In this document: positions 46,030 through 55,002 of the stretch, piece after piece | How the letters are laid out: each line of letters begins with the position of its first letter | How positions within the stretch are numbered: position 1 is the first letter of the stretch | Source of the DNA: Verrucomicrobiia bacterium | GTDB lineage: Bacteria; Verrucomicrobiota; Verrucomicrobiia; JADLBR01 | NCBI GenBank assembly: GCA_035387945.1 | Contig: DAOOOX010000016.1 | Location: forward strand, 25,918 to 89,917 | Direction of reading: 5' to 3' | DNA length: 64,000 nt | The notes under the pieces: generated by a model | Told to the model about the DNA's origin: nothing | Database searches by the model: none | What the model saw: the letters and a program-made list of their open reading frames with translations, nothing else | Translations under genes and position numbers: made by a program

Positions 46030-47241
46030 ATGCGGTTGCTTGAGATCTTCAACCAGTATGAGCAGCCGGGTGGCGAAGCGGCAGCGGTGTGCCAGATATT
46101 TGATCTGCTTTCGGCGCAGCCGGGATTGCAGATATCTCGCGCGACGGCCAACAGCAACGATTGGCTCGGGGACACCGCCCCGCCGCGATGGAGACAGGCC
46201 CTCTGGTGCGTTTCCAATCCGCAGTTTCGCTCTGGGCTGCGACGCGCGCATGCGTCGTGCCCGGCCGAGGCGTGGATCGTCCACAATGTTTTTCCCGTGG
46301 CGTCGGCGGGCGTTTATGCGGAGGCGCTTCGGCTCGGGGTGCCGATCATCCAGTTCGTCCACAACTGGCGGCCATTCTCGATAAACGGATCTAATTTTTT
46401 TGGTGGGCGGATACCCCGAGGTCGCCTGCGGTCGCATCTCTGGCGCGAGGTTGCCGCGGCGAGTTGGCGCGGTTCTCGGAGCCAGACGCTGTGGCTCGGG
46501 CTGGTGCTCTTATGGCTTCGCCGCGGAGGCTGGCTGCGGAGCGTGGGCGCGTGGGTGGCGGTTTCTGAGTTCGCCCGCGACCGGCTCATCGAGGCCGGGT
46601 TACCGCGCGAACGGGTCTTTGCCCTCCGTCATTTCTGGAACGCGCGACCCGCCGCTTCCCGCGCCGGGGACGATGGCCATTACCTGTTTCTTGGGCGCCT
46701 TATTCCCGAGAAGGGCGTTGATGTCCTCCTCGATGCCTGGGCCGAGGTGCGCCGGGCGCTGGGCCCAAAGACACCGACGCTGTACATCTGTGGCGCGGGG
46801 CAGGCCGCCGAACGCATCGCCCGCGCGGCGTCAACAGATCCCGCGATCCGTGCGCCGGGCGTTGCCAGGGGCGAGGAAAAGGAGCGCCTGCTTGGCGGAT
46901 GCCGTGGTGTGATCGTGCCCTCCCTCTGGTGGGAGCCCCTCGGATTCGTTGTCTACGAGGCATACGAGCACGGGAAGCCCGTCCTCGCCGCCGCATCGGG
47001 CGGCCTGGTGGAGACAGTGATCGACGGGGAGACCGGATGGCTTCACGCACCGGGCGACTCTGGCACACTGGCCAAGCATGTCATCGCGCTGGAATCGAAA
47101 CCCGAGGATCGCGCGCGGATGGGTTTGGCGGGGCGCCGGTGGCTGGAGCGGAGCACCGACCCGGCAGCGTGGATGGCCGCATTTTGGGAGATCGTCCGCC
47201 AGGCGACGGTCGGATCGCCCGCTCGTGGGACCCCGGCATGA
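46030..47241 (+). CDS. glycosyltransferase family 4
   Basis: 403 aa. It carries GRLIPEKGVDVLLDAW and VIVPSLWWEPLGFVVYEAYEHGKPVLAAASGGLVETVIDGETGWL. Confidence 0.85.
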   Translation: MRLLEIFNQYEQPGGEAAAVCQIFDLLSAQPGLQISRATANSNDWLGDTAPPRWRQALWCVSNPQFRSGLRRAHASCPAEAWIVHNVFPVASAGVYAEALRLGVPIIQFVHNWRPFSINGSNFFGGRIPRGRLRSHLWREVAAASWRGSRSQTLWLGLVLLWLRRGGWLRSVGAWVAVSEFARDRLIEAGLPRERVFALRHFWNARPAASRAGDDGHYLFLGRLIPEKGVDVLLDAWAEVRRALGPKTPTLYICGAGQAAERIARAASTDPAIRAPGVARGEEKERLLGGCRGVIVPSLWWEPLGFVVYEAYEHGKPVLAAASGGLVETVIDGETGWLHAPGDSGTLAKHVIALESKPEDRARMGLAGRRWLERSTDPAAWMAAFWEIVRQATVGSPARGTPA

Positions 47242-47265
47242 GCGGAAGCCGTCCGCCGCTGGCCA

Positions 47266-47359
47266 GAGAATTCAGACACCGAATCGTAGGAGCCTGCTTG
47301 CAGGCGATTCCATGCGCGAATCGCGCGCAAGCGCGCTCCTGCGCCTCATTTTCACCCCC
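47266..47359 (+). repeat. two-armed REP doublet (REPIN-like), copy 2
   Basis: agagaattcagacaccgaatcGTAGGAGCCTGCTTGCAGGCGATTCcatgcgcGAATCGCGCGCAAGCGCGCTCCTGCgcctcattttcaccccc. Confidence 0.85.
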
Positions 47360-47584
47360 GGTAGTGCCCCGAATGCCCGCCGTCGGGCGGGCGGCCGGGC
47401 ATGATGTCTGGCCTGAAATCCCGCACGCGTTTGGCGGCTCGCAGAGACGCCCCAAAAGTCGTGTGGGCCGCCTGTGTCAGGCGGCAAAGTGCGTCGAGTC
47501 TCCCCACGAACGATGCGGCGCGTCTGCGCTGCGAGGCACTGCTATCCTGCAAAATCACATCCAGAAAGCTGTGATGTTGCCGGG

Positions 47585-48658
47585 CTAGGTCAGGGCCCTG
47601 AGCACTCGGTCCCCGGTCTTCGCCCAACTGTGCTTTTCACCAAGCGTGGCTTGCCACCCGAGGATTTCGTCTCGCGTGGTCCGGATGGCGCGTGACATCG
47701 CTTCGGCAAAAGACTCGAAGCTGGTGTTCGAGAACGGACAACCTGTTCCGGACATGACCTCCTGCGTCACTTCGATTGAGGAGAAAACCGCGGGCGTGCC
47801 GTTCATGACCGCCTCGGCCGATGGAAGTCCGAAGCCCTCGTACTCCGTGAAATGCACGTGCGCCCGCGCGGTGCGCATCAAATCAAAGTAGCGCTCGGCC
47901 GGCACCCTGCCCAGCGCCCGCCAGGTCGCGTCGGCCGGCAGGGCCAAGCCCGCGGGAAGGCGCCCCACGCACACGAAGCGGCCTTCAAATCGCGCCTGCT
48001 CTCTCCACTTGCTCAGGTAGTCCAGAGCAAGATCCGTGCGCTTGTGCGGGCAGTCTCGGACGTCCACGAGAATCATGTCTTCGCGCCCGATCGCGGGCGT
48101 CACCGCCGGCGGCAGACCATAGCCCACGACCTCGATTCGCAGCGGCACTTCAATCTTCCTTCCGGACGCCCAGGCCAGGATTTCTCGCCTGGTGAATTCC
48201 GTGTTTGTCAGGACCACGTCCGCCGACCTCAGCGTGTGATCTAACGTCCGCACGAAATAGAATTGTTTCAGGAAATCGCCATGCGCCGGATAGCGGTCGA
48301 AATACGTGGCCGCCATGATGTCGTGCACATAGGCGGCCGTCTTCAGAGGTGGTCTCCGGACGGCGGAACCGAAGCCCTTGGGCAGGATCAGCCAGTCCGC
48401 CCCATCCCTGCAGGCGGCGGAGAAAACGCCCCACTGCTCCCAGAAGACGCGGCGCACGAGCCCCGTGGCGTTCACCTCGTGCGCCACAACGCCCGGGGGC
48501 AAACTGCCAACCATGGTGCGTTGCGCGTAAACGTGCATGGGCGACATCCCTGGGCGCCCGACGAGTTCCTTCATCAGCGCCAAGGATATGTTGAAAATCC
48601 CCAGCGACATGGATCGATCAAATGACTGGTCGGCGATCGAATAGGCCAAAGTGCTCAT
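47585..48658 (-). CDS. glycosyltransferase family 4
   Basis: Start trimmed to MSTLAYSIADQ. It carries VHFTEYEGFGLPSAEAVMNGTPAVFS, a GT4 core motif. It diverges from the exosortase gene. Confidence 0.75.
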   Translation of the reverse strand: MSTLAYSIADQSFDRSMSLGIFNISLALMKELVGRPGMSPMHVYAQRTMVGSLPPGVVAHEVNATGLVRRVFWEQWGVFSAACRDGADWLILPKGFGSAVRRPPLKTAAYVHDIMAATYFDRYPAHGDFLKQFYFVRTLDHTLRSADVVLTNTEFTRREILAWASGRKIEVPLRIEVVGYGLPPAVTPAIGREDMILVDVRDCPHKRTDLALDYLSKWREQARFEGRFVCVGRLPAGLALPADATWRALGRVPAERYFDLMRTARAHVHFTEYEGFGLPSAEAVMNGTPAVFSSIEVTQEVMSGTGCPFSNTSFESFAEAMSRAIRTTRDEILGWQATLGEKHSWAKTGDRVLRALT

Positions 48659-48843
48659 GTTGAGATGTTGGCGGAGCGGCACCGACCCTCGGCGACTGAT
48701 TGCGCCATCGATGGGTTGCATCGCCTACGGCCACGTTAAACATATTGCCCATCATTGGCACCGATTGGCAACTCGGGTCCACATTCGACATTGAGACGGC
48801 CGCCGACGTTCCATATCATGTGGTGTTCTATTCGCGCTCACCC

Positions 48844-49842
48844 ATGGGTACCGAAGCACAGCATCCCGCGACGCGCCCCCGAGCTTCCGGGTCCACCGGA
48901 GATCTCTGGGTGCCGCTGCTCATGGGCTTAGGCCTGGTCCTTCTGGCGACGACGGTCCCGGTTTTCCGACCTTACGAGGGCAACCCGTACCCGCTGGTGG
49001 GTTGGCTCGCCTACGCGTGGGGCCACAGTGCCGAGTCCCGCCACGGGGTCATCGTGCCGGTGATCGTGGCGTGGCTGGTGTGGCGTAAGCGGCATGACTT
49101 GGCCGCGCTGCCTCGCGAGGGCACGTGGCTGGGCGTCATCATGGTCGCGATCGGTGCCGCGCTCTTCTGGCTCGGTTGGAAGGGCGACATCCATTACGTC
49201 AACTACATGGCCTTTCTGGTGATCATGGGGGGGCTGGTCCTTGCGCGCTTTGGGAGGCGGTGGTTCCACGAGCTGCTGTTCCCCGGCGCTTTCCTGATCT
49301 TTGCGATGCCGATGCCGTTTCTCGACGAGGTGCTTGGTTTTCGGCTGCGGCTGTTCATGGCGAGCGCCAGCACGGGGATCCTGAATCTCGTTGGTGTGGA
49401 ATCGGTCCGCAGGGGCACCGCCATATATTCGGCGATGGATCCATCCCTTGGTCTCCCGGAGGGACGGATATTCTCCCTGGATGTCGCCGATCCCTGCAGC
49501 GGCCTCAACTCGCTTTTTGCGCTGGTGATGCTCACCGCGCTCTACGCCCATCTGACCCAGCGGCGTCCCTGGAAACAGTGGTTCCTCTTCCTCTGCGCCC
49601 TGCCGCTCGCCGTGCTTGGGAACATGTTTCGCGTCACCAGCATCGCCATTGTGGCGGCGGGCATCGACCAGAAGTTCGCCTCGGGCCCCTACCACACGCT
49701 CGCCGGGTATCTGGTTTTCGTGGTTGCGATTGGCTCGATGCTGCTGGTGGGAAAACTACTTGATGCCGACTGGCGTTCGTGGTTTCGGCGCCTTGGCCGG
49801 CGGATCGACCACTCGATACATCGGCCGAGCGACGCCTATTGA
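48844..49842 (+). CDS. exosortase (EpsH/Xrt family)
   Basis: 332 aa from ATG 48844 and polytopic. The conserved Cys lies in DVADPCSGLNSLFALVML and the Arg in LGNMFRVTSIAIV. Confidence 0.85.
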   Translation: MGTEAQHPATRPRASGSTGDLWVPLLMGLGLVLLATTVPVFRPYEGNPYPLVGWLAYAWGHSAESRHGVIVPVIVAWLVWRKRHDLAALPREGTWLGVIMVAIGAALFWLGWKGDIHYVNYMAFLVIMGGLVLARFGRRWFHELLFPGAFLIFAMPMPFLDEVLGFRLRLFMASASTGILNLVGVESVRRGTAIYSAMDPSLGLPEGRIFSLDVADPCSGLNSLFALVMLTALYAHLTQRRPWKQWFLFLCALPLAVLGNMFRVTSIAIVAAGIDQKFASGPYHTLAGYLVFVVAIGSMLLVGKLLDADWRSWFRRLGRRIDHSIHRPSDAY

Positions 49843-50582
49843 ATGGCCCGCGCGCCGAGCAGATCTGGGCGCAACACCTCCGGGGCTAATCTCCCCACGA
49901 ATCCTCGCACGATGCGGTCGATCTCCTCCGCGCCGACGCCGTCTGTCTGGAACCCGGCGGTCTCCACGGCCATGACGGAGATGTAGGCCCAGCGATGCCC
50001 GACGCCCCTCAAGATCCGATCGTACGCCGTGCGAAACAATCGCTCCCAATGATGGGGCGTGATGACGTCGCGTCCCACGAACCAGTAGATGAACTTTCCG
50101 CGAACTTTTCCGGGCTGATTCGCAGAGCGCGGCATGGGGCGGGAGATGTCAAGGCACATCACCGGCAGCGACCCGCCGGCTGGCAGCGCCACCCGCAGCT
50201 CTTGGCCCGAGTCTGTGGACCAGCCTTGGCCAGGCAGGCAGATCTCCGGCTTGTGGATGCTCCTCCGGTCCGCGCTGCTCAGGACGATCGTGCAGACCAG
50301 CCAGTACCCGCGCCCGTCGGTGTATTTCTTGCGGGCAAGCTCGGTGCCTGGTGGCAGGAGATTGCGTTCGCCCTCGGACATGGGGATGTTTTCGCCGACC
50401 CATTCCCCCATGCGGTCGGGCAAAGACATGACCACGCCGGCCACGTCGCCCTCTCTGACTTGTGGGGTGCCAACGCAAAGCAGCAGGAGGCCTGCCAGCA
50501 GGAGCAGCGGCACCGCCACCTTCAGCCATTCGTGCGCCTTGCCTTTGGCCCGGACATTGTCCACCTGCCTAGCATCGGCCAT
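49836..50582 (-). CDS. exosortase-associated EpsI family protein
   Basis: 248 aa with an N-terminal TM helix. It carries LPDRMGEWVG, the signature HKPEICLPGQGW, and YWFVGRDV. Confidence 0.8.
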   Translation of the reverse strand: MADARQVDNVRAKGKAHEWLKVAVPLLLLAGLLLLCVGTPQVREGDVAGVVMSLPDRMGEWVGENIPMSEGERNLLPPGTELARKKYTDGRGYWLVCTIVLSSADRRSIHKPEICLPGQGWSTDSGQELRVALPAGGSLPVMCLDISRPMPRSANQPGKVRGKFIYWFVGRDVITPHHWERLFRTAYDRILRGVGHRWAYISVMAVETAGFQTDGVGAEEIDRIVRGFVGRLAPEVLRPDLLGARAIQ

Positions 50583-50596
50583 GATTCACCCCGCGG

Positions 50597-51805
50597 TCAA
50601 GGCACGCGCTCGGCCCTGGGAGGGGCGTCACCCGCGCGTCGCCGGGCGAGCATAAGCACCGTATCGTCCGGACTGAATTTGTAGCCCACCCCGAAGTCGA
50701 GCGGCCGCACGCGCGCGCCGCCCGATTCGAAGATCTCCCGCAGCGCAGGCTGATAGTATTGCCGAAACATGTCGAGCGTTCCCCGATAGTTCCCGTAAAA
50801 GCGGAGATCCCACCACCTGGGGTCGAGACCGGATAGCGGGATGCCGGAATCGTCCTGCAAGATAGCCGCGCTGCCATCCAGCACCAACGCGCGGACCCCC
50901 GAAAAACTCCCCTCGTGCATCAGGTATGACGCGCTCTTCATGAACGTTGCTCGGGATCCCAGCGCCGACAGGAAACGGGACAAACGCCCGTCCCTGCCCA
51001 GCGCACCGTTCCCCAGATCTGCCGAGAAATAGTACACGTCGCTGGACCCGGTTCCGCGCCGCACGCGCAACCTGACACCGCGCGGTGACGCACCGGTCCA
51101 TCCTGGCGCCACCACGGGCGAACCGTCGTCGTCCAGCGTCACCGATTCGACGGAATCCACCCTCAGCCCCAGGCGCGCGGCAAACGACAGCAGCGGCGGC
51201 AGGTTGCCCTTCAGGGCGCTTCGCGCAAAATCCCGCCGCATGTCTTTCGTGATGAAATACGTGTAGTTGATCGCCGTGAGCATCGGTGCTCGCATCGCCG
51301 CCAGGGCGACCGCCCACTCGCCTCCCGACATCGCACTTAGGTCCGGCGGTGGGGAAACAGGTTCGAGGGCGCAAAGGACATAGGTCTTGGCCCTTGGAAA
51401 GAACGCCACCACATGCGCCAGATCGGGGCCGCTGAATGGATAGAAGATGGTGCCGCAGCGCCCGTGGATATCTCCCATCTCCGCGGTGGACCATGAGCGG
51501 ATCTTGGCCATGCGGCCCCCCTGGAAACGCATCCACGCCTTATCCATCTCCGCGGCGTGCTCTGCCCAGCACCGCTGCGCACGGACGGAATCGAACCCCT
51601 GACCGGGCATGCCCGCCAGCAACCGCGCCACGGCATCCCAATCCTCGCAATGTGCGACCCCGCCCCACGTCGCGCAGAGCGCCAGGGCCACCGTGGCCAC
51701 CGATTCCGCCACAACTTGTCGTGCGCTGTTTAGAATTTCCATCATCGCGTTCACCTGCAGGGCCCTTCGCCCCGCGTCCGATCCATCTAGCAGATTGCCG
51801 CCCAT
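50597..51805 (-). CDS. secreted hypothetical protein, no family recognised
   Basis: A long ORF ending 15 nt upstream of epsI on the same strand. A likely signal peptide is present (VATVALALCATWGGVAHC). Conserved-looking blocks are FYPFSGPDLAHV, YLMHEGSF and LQDDSGIP. The start is more likely ATG 51745 or 51742. Confidence 0.6.
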   Translation of the reverse strand: MGGNLLDGSDAGRRALQVNAMMEILNSARQVVAESVATVALALCATWGGVAHCEDWDAVARLLAGMPGQGFDSVRAQRCWAEHAAEMDKAWMRFQGGRMAKIRSWSTAEMGDIHGRCGTIFYPFSGPDLAHVVAFFPRAKTYVLCALEPVSPPPDLSAMSGGEWAVALAAMRAPMLTAINYTYFITKDMRRDFARSALKGNLPPLLSFAARLGLRVDSVESVTLDDDGSPVVAPGWTGASPRGVRLRVRRGTGSSDVYYFSADLGNGALGRDGRLSRFLSALGSRATFMKSASYLMHEGSFSGVRALVLDGSAAILQDDSGIPLSGLDPRWWDLRFYGNYRGTLDMFRQYYQPALREIFESGGARVRPLDFGVGYKFSPDDTVLMLARRRAGDAPPRAERVP

Positions 51806-51984
51806 TGGGAAGCGCTACCGGCCTTGGAATTTGGATTGTCCCGCAGTGGCGCGGGGCCGCCGAGAATCCCCATGGGCGTCGCACGGCGAGTTCTGGCTGT
51901 TGGAAGCTGGAGACGAATTGGGGCGTGGATCCCCCCACATCCGAATTGATCGCCCCCGCGGCGACCGGCTACCGTGTTTTCCCT

Positions 51985-54552
51985 ATGCGCAGCCCAGTCA
52001 TCCTGCCCGCGCTCGCGGTGCTTCTCGTGTCACCATGGCTGTCATTCGGCAGGGGCGATCCAGAGCTGATGGTGCTCGGCCCGAATTATCCGCGCGTTTT
52101 CTTTTTCCGCGGCTCCGAGGGCCCGCCGGCCCTGCCGAAGACGACGTACGAGGACTGGGATTCGGATTTCAACCGCCTCATGGGGATCATGGGCAAGTGC
52201 CTCGACGAGGAGGTGCTCGGCCGGGAGAAACGCAACCCCGAGTTCTTCGGCCGCTTCAAGCGAGAGCATCCGACGCAAGTGGTGCTGCTGCATTTCAATG
52301 GCAATTCCCGCGACCCGCGCCATGGCACCGGGAAGTACTTTCCGGGCCACTGGACATACCGGGGCGCCACGAGAATCTTGGCCGACGTGCCCGACCAGGC
52401 GGGCGAGACCACGATCCGGGTCGAGGACGCCTCGGATTTTCAGGTGGGCGGCGGCCGCTACAGGACTTCCAATGACGACGTCGCGCTGTTCGGCGTGACC
52501 GAGGACGGTGGGCACGATTGGGCGCATTGCGAGCAGGTCCAACTCCTCGCGGTTGACAAGAAGAGCGGAACGATCCGCGTGAGGCGCGCCTGCTACGGCA
52601 CCCGGCCCCTCGCCTTCAAGGCGGGCGCGGCCCGAGCGGCGGCGCACGCCGTCGAGGGCCCGTGGGGAAAGAACAACAACCTCCTGTGGTTCTATAATTT
52701 CTCGACCCACTGTCCCAGAGATGCCGATGGCAAGAACTGCGCCGACCGGCTCGTCGATGATCTCGCGGCGTGGTTTGGCAAAGGCGGCAAGCTTGCGGAC
52801 TTCGATGGACTCGAGTTTGACGTGATGTTCAACGAGACCCGCGGCGACACCGACGGAGACGGGCGGATCGATGACGGCGTCATCGGCGGGATCAACCACT
52901 ATGGCATCGGGGTGATCGAATTTGCCCGGCAACTCCGGGCACGCCTGGGGGATGGGCGCATCATCCAGGGCGACGGTGCCCTAGGCCCGGGCGGGCGCCG
53001 ATCACAGCGCGCGTTCGGCATCCTCAACGGCATCGAGAGCGAGGGTTTTCCCAATCTCGACGACTGGGATTTCGAGGACTGGTCCGGCGGCCTCAATCGC
53101 CACGCGTTCTGGGGCGCCAACGGCCGTGCGCCGGCCTTCAGCTATATCAACCACAAATGGGTTGAGCCCGTCCCGGGAAAACCCGGCGAGCACAAGAATC
53201 CCGAGGTGCCATTCTCCCGCCATCGGTTGAGTTTCGCCGCCGGCCAGTTCACCGACTCCGCGATCTGTTACTCCTTCGCGCCCCCCAGGGACGCGGGTGG
53301 CAAGTTCGGCGTCTGGGACGAATTTCGTTGCGGCACCGATAATCGGTTGGGTTGGTTGGGCAAGCCCGAGGGCCCAGCAGTCCGCATGGCGACCAAGTTC
53401 CCCGATCTGCTTCAGGGCGCCGGCAATCCCGCCGGCGATGCCTTGGCCAAACGCATCACGGGCCGCGTGAGGGCCAGGGCCTGCGGCGATGGCATCGTCA
53501 TCGAACCGGCCACATCGGATACCGGTGGCATCGAGTTCACGATCCGCGACATTCCGGCCACAGGCAAAGACATGGTCGTGCTGCTCACCATGAGCGGCCA
53601 ACCGATGAAGGGCTATCCCCGCGAGATGGCCCGATTTGTCGAATGCGAGCTTTCGGGGGGCATGATCAGCCTCATGGGCAAGGTGCCGGAGTCGACCGGC
53701 ATGGCCTTGCGGGGTGCGGCGGAGACCGAGATCGATCGGACATCGGGCGCGGCCATCAGGAATCAGGTGCAGACCACTATCGACGATCGCACGCTTCCGG
53801 CCTATGCCATCCACCCGCCCTACCAGATGGGGAAGGGCTACGTCTTCTGGTGCCGCGATGTCGACATCCCACCGTCATCGGACCTGCGCTTCAATCTGGG
53901 CATGAGCGAGAAGGCGCCCGCGCGCTCCGACGGTGTCTGGTTCAAGGTCTTTGTCTCCGAACTCTCTGGCAATAGACCCGGGCCCTTTGAACCTGTGTTT
54001 GAGAAGACCACCAAAGCGCACGAGTGGATCCCGTGCTCCATCCCCCTCAGGAGATTTGCCGGGAAACGCGTCCGGTTAAAGTTCGTTGCCGACTGCGGAC
54101 CGAGGGACAACGCCACGACAGATCAGGGCTACTGGGCCGATGTCAAGATCGTGCGTGCCGGACTCGCGGAATCCGAGGTTACCCCATCCTCGACACACAT
54201 GACCTGGCTCAACGACAGGCCTTTCACCTCCGCATTCTATTTTCGCGAACTGCGCTCCAAGTCGGTGGATCTGAGCGTGTCGGTTGAAGGCGCCGAGCCC
54301 ATGACCGTGATCGCGCTCTCGGCCCACGCGCATCCGGATGCGATGTGCCGCGTTTTTCAGCAGGGCCTCGTCATCGCGAACCCGGCGCATGAACCCTACA
54401 CGTTCGACCTCGGCGAGGTCTCCCCCGGGCGCCGCTATCGCCGCATCCGGGCCGTGCTAACCCAAGACGCCGAGGCGAACAACGGCCAACCGGTCGCCGG
54501 CAGAATCACTCTCGGAGAACGCGACGCGCTCTTTCTGGTGCGGGTGCCTTAG
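51985..54552 (+). CDS. large secreted hypothetical protein (possible glycoside-hydrolase-like TIM barrel plus beta-sandwich)
   Basis: 855 aa from ATG 51985 with a signal peptide (MRSPVILPALAVLLVSPWLSFG). It has a Ca-binding-like DTDGDGRIDDG loop. The 183-codon upstream extension of the track ORF overlaps the opposite gene and was rejected. Confidence 0.6.
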   Translation: MRSPVILPALAVLLVSPWLSFGRGDPELMVLGPNYPRVFFFRGSEGPPALPKTTYEDWDSDFNRLMGIMGKCLDEEVLGREKRNPEFFGRFKREHPTQVVLLHFNGNSRDPRHGTGKYFPGHWTYRGATRILADVPDQAGETTIRVEDASDFQVGGGRYRTSNDDVALFGVTEDGGHDWAHCEQVQLLAVDKKSGTIRVRRACYGTRPLAFKAGAARAAAHAVEGPWGKNNNLLWFYNFSTHCPRDADGKNCADRLVDDLAAWFGKGGKLADFDGLEFDVMFNETRGDTDGDGRIDDGVIGGINHYGIGVIEFARQLRARLGDGRIIQGDGALGPGGRRSQRAFGILNGIESEGFPNLDDWDFEDWSGGLNRHAFWGANGRAPAFSYINHKWVEPVPGKPGEHKNPEVPFSRHRLSFAAGQFTDSAICYSFAPPRDAGGKFGVWDEFRCGTDNRLGWLGKPEGPAVRMATKFPDLLQGAGNPAGDALAKRITGRVRARACGDGIVIEPATSDTGGIEFTIRDIPATGKDMVVLLTMSGQPMKGYPREMARFVECELSGGMISLMGKVPESTGMALRGAAETEIDRTSGAAIRNQVQTTIDDRTLPAYAIHPPYQMGKGYVFWCRDVDIPPSSDLRFNLGMSEKAPARSDGVWFKVFVSELSGNRPGPFEPVFEKTTKAHEWIPCSIPLRRFAGKRVRLKFVADCGPRDNATTDQGYWADVKIVRAGLAESEVTPSSTHMTWLNDRPFTSAFYFRELRSKSVDLSVSVEGAEPMTVIALSAHAHPDAMCRVFQQGLVIANPAHEPYTFDLGEVSPGRRYRRIRAVLTQDAEANNGQPVAGRITLGERDALFLVRVP

Positions 54553-54678
54553 CGAGAAACTTCGGGCGCTGTTCGCGGGCGCGGCTCGTGCCCCGACCCC
54601 AGAAGTTTTCCCCTGAATAATCCGGCGCGTGGACGTTTCTGGCTAGTGCCGCCCCCTCGCGCCGGGGGCGGCGATATC

Positions 54679-54774
54679 TCGAAAATTCAGACACCGAATC
54701 GTAGGAGCCTGCTTGCAGGCGATTCCACGCCGCGCGAATCGCGCTACGTCTCATTTTCACCCCCGATGGTCTTT
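54679..54774 (+). repeat. two-armed REP doublet, copy 3 (second arm partly deleted)
   Basis: tcgaaaattcagacaccgaatcGTAGGAGCCTGCTTGCAGGCGATTCcacgccgcgcgaatcgcgctacgtctcattttcaccccc. Arm 2 lacks its palindrome core. Confidence 0.8.
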
Positions 54775-55002
54775 CGCCCAGACCCCGCAGGAAAAAAATC
54801 GGGGCTCTTCACCGGCGCGCCAAGGAAAAAAGGGAGTGAAGGGGCTCCCAAAAGGAACGCGCACCGGCAAGGCCCCGATGTGTCTGTTTAGACACGCGTT
54901 CGGGGCAACCGTTCAAGAAAAAGTGAAATTTTGGCGAAAACGTGATTTTCTGGCCGTGGCGCGCCACATCGGCGCACGGTCCTTGATTTGTAACATATTC
55001 AG

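Noticed and set aside
51436-51984. 183-codon N-terminal extension of the 1038-aa ORF
   Set aside because: It overlaps the oppositely oriented 50597-51805 gene and is Pro/Arg/Ala-rich. A good signal peptide begins at ATG 51985.
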